The notes: a model not told the origin generated them from the letters alone. A stretch of 64,000 bases of DNA from Adineta vaga (GCA_021613535.1 CP075494.1:558001-622000), one strand, 5' to 3'; counted from the first letter of the stretch, positions 1 to 12,021 are shown. Translations and numbers: made by a program.

Positions 1-549
1 AAACAGGTAATAATGGAAATAATTTAAATCAACTGAATACACCTGTTGCATTACTTGTGGATACCAATGGATACATGTATATAGTAGATAATGGAAATGA
101 TCGTATTATGCAATGGATGATTGGTTCAACATCTGGTATAATCATTGCTGGTAGTTCTACGAATGGAATTTTATCAAATCAATTAAGTATTCCATTTAAT
201 ATTCGATTTGATTCAAATGGAAATCTATATGTTGCTGATACTGATAATTGTCGTATTCAAAAATTTTCTATGTATTGTGGTAAGTCTTTTTTTTATGAAA
301 TCCAGATTATGATAAATAATATCTTTATAAAATTGAGATCCATCAATAACAAATAGTCCTCGAACAACGTCAAGTAAGTAATAGATTTCTAAAGAAATAA
401 AGTGAATTTTTCTTTTTCTTTTAGTTACAATACAATCATCTTCAACAACAACAACAACAACAAAAGGATCATCTGCTTCTCATGATTATTATCCAAAATA
501 TTCATTCTTAATCTTTTGTTTGATGATGATGATGATGATTATTATTTGA
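1..549 (+). CDS. 3' part of NHL-repeat (beta-propeller) protein with Ser/Thr stalk and hydrophobic C-terminus; 5' end lies outside the window
   Basis: NHL motifs YIVDNGNDRI and LYVADTDNCRIQKF; GTAAGT donor at 279; last exon 425-549 encodes TIQSSSTTTTTT...FLIFCLMMMMMIII* followed by AATAAA. Confidence 0.8.
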
Positions 550-992
550 ATAAATAAATAATCTAAGTATATATTCGATTTAATTTATTTCATTATTTAT
601 TCTATATGTCATATACTGCAGTCCAATCTCAGTAGTATCATATTCATGCTAGAAATCAAAGTAGCAATAGTTACTCGTAGAATTTTAATTTTCACATGAT
701 TTGTCCAAAAACTAGTTACAATATGTAAATAAAATGATATTTCGATGTTTTCAATTTAATTCATCGATTCTTGTACTTGTTGTTGAATTAGAACAAATCT
801 CTTTTAACATGTATCTATTTCTTTAAGTATTATTTTTCATAGATATATCATTTATCATATAATATATCTAGAAAGAATGTTGATGAAAAATATTTGATAT
901 TATGAAAAAAGAATTTCTTTCTATTATTAAGTATCTTTTGTAATTTGAATAAGTAAATAAATAAATTAATGTTCGAAAATTACAAAGATCTG

Positions 993-1050
993 ATAAAGAA
1001 GGGTGTGGTTGTCTCTGCTATATTCAGACTCACACCCACACCCTCAATAT
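993..1050. repeat. Telomere-like palindromic site S1
   Basis: ATAAAGAAGGGTGTGGTTG-spacer-CTCACACCCACACCCTCAATAT. Confidence 0.85.
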
Positions 1051-1156
1051 CTGAATTAGAATGACAATGGAATAAACCATTAAATTCATTATCAACTTAT
1101 ATAATAAAGAAATACAAATTTATATTTATCTTTATAATAAAATTTCATTTAGTTCT

Positions 1157-1934
1157 TTATTCAAAAGTAATTGACATTGTCTGTGAGACTGCACCACTTG
1201 TACTACATGTTTGACCATTAATTCCACCCCAATTTGTACTACCCAGACATGGTCTTAATACATAACCTTGTGCACAATTACAATATCCATTTGTAGTTAT
1301 CTCATAACCAGATCCACATGTTCCAACTCTCCAAGAAACTCCATTTGAAACTGTAACTAATGTTGTATTATATCTTAAAGCAATTGCAAGTGCAGTAACA
1401 ACAGTTGAATCAGTTACAGTAATACCCTCTGGATCATTTGAACCATAGATATGCATTTTCGAATAAGATGAACAATTTAAACCTACTCGAAATGTTACCC
1501 AATCTGTACATTGCGTTGTGGGAATTACACCACTTGTAAATGCTGCAGAATAAGTTCTTGTACATGCTATAACGAGAAAAAACAATGAATTATTTCAGTT
1601 GGAATTGATCGAAAGACTTACGTGATGTTGTAGTATCTAAAAATAAAAGAAAAAAAACAACAAAAGATTGAATATTATAAATTTTTGAAATTTACCAAGT
1701 ATAATAACTACAATTGGTATTATAATTGCTGCTAATACAAGAAGTGTTAAGAGAACTAATAATTGAATACATATTAATCGTGAAATTGAACATCGAGATC
1801 TTTAAAAGAGAAAAATAAATCATAAAATGAGAATAAGGAAAATAAATAAACTTTGGCTTGTTTTGTTGATTTTGATATACAATTCTCGGCTGTTCAGATA
1901 TTTGTTTAGAAGAAGTTTCACTCAATTTCGTCAT
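1157..1934 (-). CDS. Spliced single-pass membrane protein with C-terminal Cys-rich extracellular domain (paralog of 24907-25848)
   Basis: ATG at 1934, small exons with a TM segment, last exon CTRTYSAAFTSG...NWGGINGQTC...QTMSITFE*; clear similarity to the 24907-25848 locus. Confidence 0.7.
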
Positions 1935-2540
1935 CTTATATAATGTATTGTTTATTAGTGTAAAAGTAAAAATGAACGAAGTAGTCGAAAACTTTTTTTC
2001 TTTCTTTTTTATGTTTAAAAGTACAACAATTTACCTTTGGAAAAAGAAAACAAGCAATGCTTGTCAAAATAGATGTGTGTGTGTTATTCTCTTAAAGAAA
2101 TTATGCTTTTAGTTAAATATGAATAAAAGACGTAAGAGAAAACAGTAAGGAACAGTTACTTTTCTTAAAACATCACACATTTTTTGCATTCTTTTTCTTA
2201 TTGTTATGTGTAGAAAACGTGCATGATCATTTATCCTTTTTAAACATCAATTTCAATTCATTAAGACCTCCTATCGCACTCAAAAATCGATTTGAGCTCA
2301 TATAACTGAAACTTCCCATGGAATATATGATCTTTGAAGTTTTAGAATATGCAATCAATTACCTGAACTTCGAACAATATTCATTAATCTTTTATATTTA
2401 AAAGAAAGATTTATTGAACCAAAAATATTACCTATGGAAATTCTTGTTTACACATATAAATATATTTAAATAACTATATTTATCACTTTGTAGAAAATGT
2501 GATAAAATACAGTCAAAATTTTTGATTAAAGCAAGACTGA

Positions 2541-2590
2541 ATGAGAGTAAGAGAAAAACGTTGCATCTGCAGCACACCCACACCTTTTAA
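2541..2590. repeat. Degenerate palindromic site S2
   Basis: Right arm CACACCCACACCTTTTAA; weak left arm TGAGAGTAAGAG. Confidence 0.45.
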
Positions 2591-2773
2591 TCTTCGTATC
2601 GTGATAACAAGAGCAATAGGTATTAAATAATGCGCATTATTTGATCCTTTTAATCTTCCTAATGTAAAATGTAGTATTTTTCGACGAAAAAAAAATCAAT
2701 TAAATTTTTAGTATTTCAATGAAAACTGATAATTATATCGAGCGATCATTTTCATTCAGTGATTTTTCTCACT

Positions 2774-3937
2774 ATGTTCGTGCTTCTAGTTCTCCTCGTT
2801 TTACTCCCAGGTTATATTGCCATTTAATCACGTAATGCTTATGTTTTACCATCAGAAATCACTTCTCTTATCGATAATCGACACTGTCGTTTTTATGATG
2901 CACTCAACAAACATTTGGCTTACGATGAAAAATCTCATTTAACTATGTATTCATCCAAATATTGCGAACGATTGGTTAACATTCGTACATCATTCAGAAA
3001 TACTGAATGTCAAGATACTATTCGTCAATGTTTACAAACAAATCTTCACGACAAACTAAAACCATTTAATACAACGACTAACATTTGTGATTCGATAAAA
3101 CAAATAGATCTTGAATCACATGTCAGTTGTCTAAGTAAATGTTTTCACAGACTTGAGGCTATAGATATCGAAAATTTCATAAGTATATTTAATGATACAA
3201 CTATCAATTATGCGCAACTTTGCAAATTATCTGAAAATGTTCGAGGTCATTTTAGTAAGTGATGTAAGTTTTTATTTTCTTATTAAAATATTGAATTCTT
3301 TCTTTTAGATGTACATGTACTGAATGGTAATGTGGCAGATTTTATTAAAAAACAACTTCAAAAAGTGTTCCCTGAAGGTGATATTTTAAAATGTACTATT
3401 AAAGAGAAAGAAATACAAGAATCGGCTACAGATATCAAACTAATAAAAAAGATATTGGGTCAAGTCAACAAAATTAAAGGAAATATTAATTTAGTAACTG
3501 AAAAGAACAAAACAATTGGAAATGATTTCAAGACTATTCGAGACATCGTTAAAGAAATAGAAAATGACCCAACAGAAATTAGAAGTGGATTAAAAAATAT
3601 TCTCGAGAAAAGTAATACAATTTCAACAAATTTGATAATGATTGTGGAGACCATCGAGAGTCTCGACAATGAAACAGATCTATCGACATTAATGGCTCAG
3701 TTTAATATGGTGACAGAAAGTGGTCATGATCTTCGTTTTATTCTTATTTCGATTAATAGTATCATCAAAAATATTGGAAATGGTGTGAAAAGTATTGAGG
3801 AAGGTCTATCATCTCTTGTCAAACAGATTGAAGAAGGTATTGATAGAATCTATTCAATCTTCGATACACTATATACTATCAAAGATACAATGTTTGATTT
3901 GGTTGAATCGTTAACTAAAAATTGTAGTAACATTTGA
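2774..3937 (+). pseudogene. Secreted protein with Cys-patterned N-domain (stanniocalcin-like spacing) and helical/coiled-coil C-domain; in-frame TAA at 2825-2827
   Basis: ATG 2774 (MFVLLVLLVLLPG, signal-peptide-like) is in frame with ORF 2915-3262 but interrupted by TAA; intron ~3255-3309; exon 2 heptad-rich. Confidence 0.55.
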
Positions 3938-4145
3938 AAAATTTATCATTTGTGATTCAAATAAAACCACATAAAAAATTTAACTTTGTCACATTCTGAA
4001 AAGAAAACATTACTTTTATGCTGCGGAAACACATAACTTATATAAAGAACACGCTTTGTGAGAGACATCATTTTTTATGAAATAGTATTTTAACTAACAA
4101 AGATCGAGTATTTAGCTTATAGTACGTGAGATCAACAATAATACA

Positions 4146-5510
4146 ATGACTGGCAAAGAAACCAAACAATTGAAGACCGAAAATAAATCGCTGAAAAAGT
4201 CTCATTCATGGTTTGATTGGATACAGTTAATCGCTACTATATCTGTATCAATTGCCATAGCTATTTACACAATTTATCAAGACAAAAGTCAAACTCGAAT
4301 TGCAATCGAGAATAGACAAAAAGATCACGAGATTGCTCAAGAAAATCGAGTTCAAGATCTTGAGATTGCATTGGATCAACAACGAGAAAATACTCTTAAT
4401 GAGTATATAGATTTTTTAACAAATATATTGATTATGGACAAAACAGACGTCAATATGAATGCAAAAGATAAACATGCTGCATGGTTTAGAACACTCACAG
4501 CAATGAAACGACTCGATGCTGAACGGAAAAGTTTTCTTTTGAAAGTATTATATTCGGCTAATCTGATCAAAAAACAATCGCCTGATGATCCAGATGGTGA
4601 TGGTGTATTATCGTTTAGAGAGGTCGATCTCTCCGGTATTACACTCGGATCGACGTATGATTCTACTGTTAGTCATTGTGAAGAACATCGTGTTGACTTA
4701 ACTTATCTATCCTTGGCTTATGCAGATCTAACAAATGCTTCATTTCGACATACTATTTTGGGAGATGTAAATTTTATGGCATCTGATATGAATTGGACAG
4801 ATTTTAGTCGCACAGTAATCTTTCATCGTGCAGGTTCATGTAGATTTAATCGTATTATTTTCATACGAGCTTTTCTAAGTAATGCAATATTTTTTGGTGC
4901 AGAATTTTATGGTGCAGATTTTCAATGGGCTATACTTATTAATGCTAATCTAACTTATTTTAAATGTTCTTTATGTACCTTTGCAGACGCTCGTTTAGAT
5001 CATGCATATATTGATCAAGCGTATTTCAAGAAATATGCTGATTGTACAACGGATTATTCCAGTTTTTCTCGTGCACATATGAATGGAAGTTTTCTACAGG
5101 CAGTTCATTTTGTTCAAGTTGATTTTACTTCAACATTTCTAACAAATATACGTGGAATGAATGTATTCTTTAATCAATCAATATTTCATCATGCTCTATT
5201 GACGAATTCTTCATTTCGATATAGTACCATTGTTAATTCAAATTTTAATGACGCTGATTTATCTTATTCTGATTTAAGCGATTCTCAAATGACTAATGTT
5301 AGTTTTATTCGAGCCAAGTTACAAGGCACAAATATGAGCAATGTTAGATGCCACTTTTGTATCTTTCAACACGCAAATTTAAATGAATGCATATTCAAAA
5401 ATGCTATATTGATCAATTGTGATTTTCGTTTTAGTCAGATAACTAACAAACAATTGTCAGACGCAGCTGTTTTGAATGGATCAATACTACCTGATGAGAC
5501 TGTTATTTAA
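4146..5510 (+). CDS. Pentapeptide-repeat protein with N-terminal TM helix, intronless
   Basis: 454 aa ORF with many A(D/N)LxxAxF-type repeats (ADLTNASF, ADLSYSDL, ANLNECIF) after a TM segment. Confidence 0.9.
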   Translation: MTGKETKQLKTENKSLKKSHSWFDWIQLIATISVSIAIAIYTIYQDKSQTRIAIENRQKDHEIAQENRVQDLEIALDQQRENTLNEYIDFLTNILIMDKTDVNMNAKDKHAAWFRTLTAMKRLDAERKSFLLKVLYSANLIKKQSPDDPDGDGVLSFREVDLSGITLGSTYDSTVSHCEEHRVDLTYLSLAYADLTNASFRHTILGDVNFMASDMNWTDFSRTVIFHRAGSCRFNRIIFIRAFLSNAIFFGAEFYGADFQWAILINANLTYFKCSLCTFADARLDHAYIDQAYFKKYADCTTDYSSFSRAHMNGSFLQAVHFVQVDFTSTFLTNIRGMNVFFNQSIFHHALLTNSSFRYSTIVNSNFNDADLSYSDLSDSQMTNVSFIRAKLQGTNMSNVRCHFCIFQHANLNECIFKNAILINCDFRFSQITNKQLSDAAVLNGSILPDETVI

Positions 5511-6032
5511 TAAGACATCTCTCGTACATGGGCGAGAGTAGGACAAGAACACTATGATGTTGGTAGGAAATTACCAGTTTAAGTTGAATGTTATAAAGAA
5601 TAAGAAATGTAATCGTACTTTTTTTTTATCAGTTAAGAATATAAATAAAAATACGGTTGTTTTCTTCCTTCTTTCAAGAAGATATACATTCTGTATTATG
5701 AAACAATGTCACTATCACAAATTAACGAAGAGATTTAAAAAAATGACAGAGAAGGATTCTGATTCAGTCATAACATAGACAGCTGTTGCTGTTTGGAAAT
5801 AGGCTAAAAAATAACCAGGCAAAGCTGTCACAAAACAGGCCGTTAAAGTATAGTATTATTAGGTGCTGTAATTTCGGCTGATCCAGCAGGTATTGTTGCA
5901 GCTCTCATTGCATCAATGCTTATCGATACGAAAGAAGCAGACTAACTTAACAATATTCTGACGATTCTTTTTTAAATAATTTTTCAAGTTTGAAAATAAA
6001 TCGAACATTTTAAAATTATTACAATTAGATTA

Positions 6033-6102
6033 TGATGGGTGTGGGTGTGGGTGTGGGTGTGGGTGGAGATACAGTAAGATGCAATCTCACCCACACCCTC
6101 AA
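6033..6102. repeat. Telomere-like palindromic site S3
   Basis: (GGGTGT)4GGGTGGAGAT-spacer-ATCTCACCCACACCCTCAA; pairing extends into the spacer (GAGAT/ATCTC). Confidence 0.9.
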
Positions 6103-6425
6103 CATGCTTTTTGACGTTGTGAAGCCCAAATCGGTTGTCAGTATTTCAAAAGACTGACATTTGATGTTAGAGATCAAGAGCTCTCCTCCCCATGCGCCAG
6201 CACCAATGATAGAGAATATAAATCAGAATGGATCACTATCAGTATAGATGAGAGCATAGGTGTCTTTTATGTCCCTACATCTTCACCTGTATCTACAGCC
6301 ACATCCACACGTACTTAAGATAATTAACTGTAATTTTTTCCTTTATATTCTTAATCAATAATGGTAAAAAAAGGGAGTCAGTTTGCGATTATTTGTTGGT
6401 AGCCAACTACGCGCTTAGAAAAGGT

Positions 6426-6704
6426 TTAATGCTTCCAAAGTAATATGCACTTTTCAGCATAGAATAGATATAAAAACTTAGCATCGTCGTGAGTAATACC
6501 GAAGGAAAACTTTGGACCGACAACACAGTGCCATGTTGGTTTGTGTACTTCGTCTGCCTCCTTTTTAACTCGAGCAGCGATTTCTCGTTCCATCCCTCCT
6601 TTGTCCACAGAAGCTATGATCACAGCAATCATCCGCTCTTGCAAGTATAACGACATTTCACAGCTTTTCACTTCGAATGTTTTCTTTGGTGAACAGAAAT
6701 TCAT
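6426..6704 (-). CDS. Divergent dynein light chain (LC8/DYNLL family), intronless
   Basis: 92 aa with EREIAARVKKEADEVHKPTWHCVVG..F...ITH....FLYLF...ILLWK, matching the LC8 signature. Confidence 0.85.
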   Translation of the reverse strand: MNFCSPKKTFEVKSCEMSLYLQERMIAVIIASVDKGGMEREIAARVKKEADEVHKPTWHCVVGPKFSFGITHDDAKFLYLFYAEKCILLWKH

Positions 6705-7526
6705 TATGTATAGAGTGGGTCAGAAGTCCCTGAAAAGTCTTTCATTATAAATAACTTTTAATACAAACAAAATAGAGCTGTAATTTACAAAGTTTGACAG
6801 ATGGGAGAAATGTGCACCTGAATGAATGTTAATAATAAATCTGACGTATGCAATAAGCAGAGCTCAGTGACGTTCGATCATTAGATGTGTATTCGAAGTG
6901 ATGATAATCAAAGATTCTAACATTTGATCACTCTAAAGTGACAAAATTTCTACTGAAGACCCTCAATCAAGCGAGTTCGCTGCCGAATCCTATGAAAGCA
7001 CTAATATTGCGATGCTTTTTAGAAAGAAATTACTAGAGAAATTTCAAAACCAGGTTAGAAAAAGATATACACTTTAACTCGTCAATATCTTCTTTTTCGA
7101 GAGTTAAAAATGCACAATTTTCTATCTTTTGCCACTGTCAGAAGCTTTTTACAATCAAATATACTTTTATTTTATCAGTTGTGAATATCCTATAGGCTTC
7201 ACAGAAAGTTAGAAATAGAATAAGATCTCTTCTAGTTGTGAGAATGAATTCTTCATATTGTTATAAACTTTAAAAAATGAATATACTTTACTTAGGCTCG
7301 AAGATGCAGAAACCTTATCAGTTTTATCAAAAACTGCATTATTTTCGGCTTTGAACACAGATGATTTGTCAGACCATAGTTTAGGTTTTGTTGTCGAATT
7401 GACAACTGAAACCTTTACTTGTGTTGATGTGTTATGATCTATATGTAAGTAAACAAGATAAATGAACAAAGCATTCAATTCAAAACTCATGCTGAAACTT
7501 ATAGACAAAATCCATTAGTCGATAAC

Positions 7527-8591
7527 ATGTATCCTTTAAAATGCTATATCCATAATCTTACCAGGTTGCAATGGAGTCGGGCGTGGGTTTGGGTGAAGAG
7601 AAGAGTATCACCCACACGCACATCCTCAAGATTTACCATTCTTTCGTATAACTGTCTGGCCTCACATTTAGCTACTCCTGAAGTGTGTCCTCGATCAGAT
7701 CCCAACTATTTGCAGTTTGCCTATCGGTCAAAAGTACTCGAGCAAGAGTTTCGGCAACTTAATGCTGACATTGCGTGCTTACAGGAAATCGTTATCGATG
7801 ATTTTCATACATGGCTTTTGCCATTTATGCTTTCATTGGGCTATGCTCAAGGGCTACATGCTAAAAGTAGCAAATCGACTATGGGAGTGGCGATTTTCTT
7901 CAAGAACGACAAATTTTCTCTAGTTGAACATCGCTGTGTTGACTATCATGCTCGAGCTCAACCAGTCTTCTCTTCGCTGGAAAACGGGAACAGTGGACTT
8001 CTTTGTGTATTGGAAATCCTCGATGATTTTCACAAACGAAAAATATGTGTTGCCAATACACATCTGTCACATCACTTCGAACTACCACAGATTCAACTTT
8101 TTCAATTAAAAACGCTTTTAGCCGAAGTGGAAAGCATGGCGTCTTTTTCTTCATTTGTGCTTGTCGGCGATTTAAACAGTTCCTGGTTATCAGTGACCGT
8201 CAATTACATTCGTCACGGATGCATATCAGAAACTTCACCGTTCTTCAAACGCTTGCTCGTTGTGTTCACGCCGATATTCAACGGTGACGCACAGAAGGCC
8301 ACCGATTATCTAAATGAAAAACATCATTATTCCGATGAAAAACTGTTGTTAGCATACAATAAGCAAACATTCGAAATGATATTTACCGTTTACAATGTGC
8401 CTCTGTGGAGTAGCACAATTGATTATATCTGGTTTGAACCCGATCACATGCGACCTATCGAATTACTCGATGCACTGACAAACGATACTGGCCTCGTACA
8501 TTTGCGCAATTTCACTCTACCGAATGCGGAACATCCTAGCGATCAATTGCCTATTATGGCCCGACTGCAGTTGCTACCGCCCACTTACTGA
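7527..8591 (+). CDS. EEP-family phosphodiesterase (CCR4/Nocturnin/Angel/PDE12-like), intronless; N-terminus encoded by site S5
   Basis: Motifs FTILSYNCLA, ADIACLQE, ANTHL, VGDLNS, IDYIWF and PSDQ(H)LP. Confidence 0.85.
   Translation: MYPLKCYIHNLTRLQWSRAWVWVKRRVSPTRTSSRFTILSYNCLASHLATPEVCPRSDPNYLQFAYRSKVLEQEFRQLNADIACLQEIVIDDFHTWLLPFMLSLGYAQGLHAKSSKSTMGVAIFFKNDKFSLVEHRCVDYHARAQPVFSSLENGNSGLLCVLEILDDFHKRKICVANTHLSHHFELPQIQLFQLKTLLAEVESMASFSSFVLVGDLNSSWLSVTVNYIRHGCISETSPFFKRLLVVFTPIFNGDAQKATDYLNEKHHYSDEKLLLAYNKQTFEMIFTVYNVPLWSSTIDYIWFEPDHMRPIELLDALTNDTGLVHLRNFTLPNAEHPSDQLPIMARLQLLPPTY
7579..7632. repeat. Telomere-like palindromic site S5 (inside the 5' end of the EEP ORF)
   Basis: GGGCGTGGGTTTGGGTGA-spacer-TCACCCACACGCACATCCTCAAGAT. 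Confidence 0.85.
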
Positions 8592-8763
8592 TGGATCATG
8601 CGTGCATCGTGAAACCAATGCAGAATCGTATTCATACTTGGAACCGGATTGGTCGGTTTTTACTGGTATTTTTTTGATTAAAAAGTTTTTTTGAGGTAGT
8701 AAAAGCTACCCGTTTTGCTTGTTTTTGACAGTTTTCATGAATTTCACTGATCAAGAGATAGGA

Positions 8764-8826
8764 ATCTGGGAGGGTGAGTGGGTATGGGTGTGTATCTTTC
8801 CTCTATACCACCTACCAACACCCTCA
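8764..8826. repeat. Telomere-like palindromic site S6
   Basis: ATCTGGGAGGGTGAGTGGGTATGGGTGTG-spacer-ACCACCTACCAACACCCTCA. Confidence 0.75.
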
Positions 8827-9000
8827 GCGACAACATATATAGTCGGTGGACTAGTGAATGTTATCACTTTAGATAATGCTCTAAACACTATGTCGACATG
8901 CATATCACGTGTATCGAGTTCAATGTCACACGAAGGCGACATTAATGATTTTCGAGTTTATAGTCGAGAATTATCTTCAAATGATATTCATACACTATAG
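8827..9000 (+). pseudogene. C-terminal fragment of a LamG/concanavalin-A-like domain gene
   Basis: GDINDFRVYSRELSSNDIHTL* matches the LamG_3 C-terminal motif G.IDE.RIY.RAL...EI; no upstream exons, starts right after S6. Confidence 0.55.
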
Positions 9001-9489
9001 AGCAATTAAAAATGAACAAAAACTTCTTTTTATAGCATATTCCCTCGACTGAAGGGAGGGTGATACGAAAAAAACTAAAATGGTTTGTGTGTTTGTGGCA
9101 GGTCGAAAAATCATTTTCTCAAAATCATCGAAAACATTCAAAAATGATAAAAGGGTGGGTCTAGGTCCAATGAAGAGCGTAGCAGAGGGAGGTCAGAGGT
9201 AAAAAAAACAGTTTTTCGAAGTCGCTTTAAAAGTCGGAAAAACTCGATCTTTGATGAGTTCTGGGGCCAAACAAACAGATTCTCTTGGCTGAAGGGACGG
9301 TAACACCAAATAACTGAAACAGTATATTTATTAGTTTATAGCAGGTCAACGGCCAGATGTTCTTACTTTTTAGAGTGTGATGAGGGGAGATATCGTCGAC
9401 CAGCAGTAAATAAAGTTCAGTTGAATTATCAGTTAGGCTCTTATGTACTTCTGTGTGATCTGTTAACCAGTCTTTTTCAACTAGATCCG

Positions 9490-9553
9490 ATCTTGAGGGT
9501 GGGTGTGGATGCAGGTACCGTAAGAACGAATTTCATCCATACCCTCTTTTATT
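9490..9553. repeat. Telomere-like palindromic site S7
   Basis: ATCTTGAGGGTGGGTGTGGATG-spacer-CATCCATACCCTCTTTTATT. Confidence 0.9.
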
Positions 9554-9907
9554 GAGTGACAGATCCATTGAATGAAATGGTGTCAATTTAATAGTTTCAA
9601 TGTATTCGACTATCATCGAATTATCAGAGAGACAATAGAGTTTGTATGCACACCCATGGCTAGAAGCACCATTGATAATGATATTTTTTTCTTTTTCGGT
9701 TGTAGGAGAAAAACTTTGATTAGTGTCTTGCATGAGATTTCCTCCTGACAGTTTCATCGCAGTTACCTGAATCCAAGGCTCGCTGGGGAGACAATGCATT
9801 GAAGGTGTCATTCATGTCTAGAATTCTCGTAGGAGTAGCCAATAATCGATGAAAACGCAAACAATACAAATGAAAAAAGTAATAAAAAAAAGAAGAGAAC
9901 ATCACGA

Positions 9908-9965
9908 GAGAGGCTGTGAGTGTTTCTCTAACTGTTACCAAGAGACACACCCATATCCTTTTTAT
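9908..9965. repeat. Degenerate palindromic site S8
   Basis: GAGGCTGTGAGTGTTTCTC-spacer-GAGACACACCCATATCCTTTTTAT, 35 bp beyond the F-box gene stop. Confidence 0.6.
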
Positions 9966-9999
9966 GTTAATTCATGAATTATTTATAAAAGCGATGTGC

Positions 10000-11725
10000 T
10001 TATGGATTGATGTCACCACGAGCAACCCAAAACCCAAACTCCATTGTCTTTAAGTCGCCTCGCTCGCGTAATATTTGTTCATAAAAAAAGATATTTTTTA
10101 ATTTTGATAATTCTTTTTTAACTTCATCAAAAGAACCACTTCGTTCACGATGATAAAAAGTAATGGTTAATCTTGAAAGTTGTGATAAATTTTGTAATAA
10201 ACATAAACAAGATTCTGATTCGTTTAACATTGAATAATTTATTTGTTCAAGATTTGGAAATATTCGATAAATTGATTTGATGAAACTCGGTTTATCAAAC
10301 GGATCTGATTGAGTAAAATGAGAAAATTGTAGTTTTTTTATCCTTTTACTTAAATATTGACAAAGTTCCTTATTCATCTTAAATATATCTACAGCAGATT
10401 GTTGAATATTAAGAGACGATAAACATGATGCTTCCTTAAGAATTTCTAATAAAATTGTTAATCCTCTTGTTCGAATACATATTGAAATTTTTAAATAATT
10501 TAATTTTGATAAATTTATTATTCTTTTTAAAGATTGAATAAATCTTTGTTCATTAACTTTACTAATAATTGTAGATAAAGAATCAATAGTCAATGATGTA
10601 ACATTAGGAAAATAAAAATCACTAGAAGTTTTCAATTCTCCATTTGATAGATGTAAACATGTAACTGTATCGAATGTCTTAGAATTATCAATATGTATAT
10701 TAAAAATTCGATCATATGTTAAATTCATTGGTCTTATGCCATTTAAATAAGGAATTGTAAAAATACAGAAATCATATGAATTTCCTAATAAACATTCAGT
10801 GTACCATTGATGTTCTTTGATCCAAAAATCACTTTGAAATTCATTATATTTTTGAATAATTTCATTTCGATCACGTAAACTAAATTTAAATCGAAATATC
10901 TTTAAATATGGAAATGAAGATGTTATTAATTGTTGCCAACGAGAAGCATTAACAATATCAGAATTTTCACATGTAGAAATAGTTAAACTTTGTAAATTAA
11001 TCATATGTGAAATAATATCCATTAAATTATCAGTATTAACAAGGATATTATCAGACATAATTAGATGTTTTAAATGATTTACATGACCATGTAAACGATT
11101 TATTTCAACAGAAGACATTGGTTCATGTTGAATGCCTCGTATAATATTCAAATATTGTAATGATGGGATCTGTGGTAATAATTGATAGATATCATTTAAA
11201 ATAGGAAATTGTACAGTGAACTTTGTAAGTGGTATCATTTGTTGAAAGGATAATTTTGGAAGTTTTGAAATAAGTGTATGGAAACCTTCTGATAATGAAG
11301 GAATTAATCGAAGACATGTTAATTGTGTTAATAATGGTAATATTGATGATAATTGTTCGATATTATTCGAGTGATATTCAATTAAAGTTAATGAACGAAG
11401 TCGAGTAAATTCAGTCAATAAGAAATATGTAAAGAATGATTGAATTTGACCATGTGTTTGATCATTTGATAATTTTATTGAATAAATTTGTTGTTGAATT
11501 TCTGTATAATCTAACATTTTTTCACAAAATCGATCAAAAATAATTTTATCAATATTTTCAAAATTGAGACGTAATGGAATAGTTCGAATTAAACGATAAA
11601 ATCGAGGATTTAAATATTCAAATGCATAGAATATATCTGGAGCATTGAGATATTCAAAACAACATATAAATATTTCATTTGGTAGATCTTCAAATTTTTT
11701 TTAATGTTTCAATTTCAACTTTCAT
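10000..11725 (-). CDS. F-box/LRR-like protein of the expanded bdelloid type; 1-nt frameshift in an A8 run near 11695-11702
   Basis: Reading frame is open upstream of ORF 11517 with an F-box motif (FEDLPNEIFICCFEYL); ATG 11725 joins it if the A-run is 7 nt; LxxLxxLxI repeats; FxSDFWIxEHQW motif. Confidence 0.8.
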
Positions 11726-12021
11726 TTTCTTTCGAAACATTTTTCAGATGCAAAAACAAAAGAATACTTCCTTCTAATTTTCTTCTTGATAAGTAAAATA
11801 TTATCACATCCAATGATATGTCGCTCAATAGTAGAGGTCGCAAGTTTATTATCTGTTTTAATAGGGTTTGGTGAAAAGCAGAGATGCGTACGGTTAGGCT
11901 TTTTTTAGATTTAAACCAAACCGAAACCGAAAAAGACAGTTCATCAATTTTATTACGGATAGTTATAGCTATGCAATCACTCTATGAGTTCGTTCATTCT
12001 TTTTAAAATGATAATTATCTG

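Noticed and set aside
6900-7508. Minus-strand ORF 7209-7508 and nearby coding-like DNA
   Set aside because: No recognisable motif and multiple stops; may be a decayed fragment but this cannot be supported.
11879-11935. hAT-like terminus (CAGAGATG...AACCGAAACCG)
   Set aside because: No matching opposite end or TSD found.
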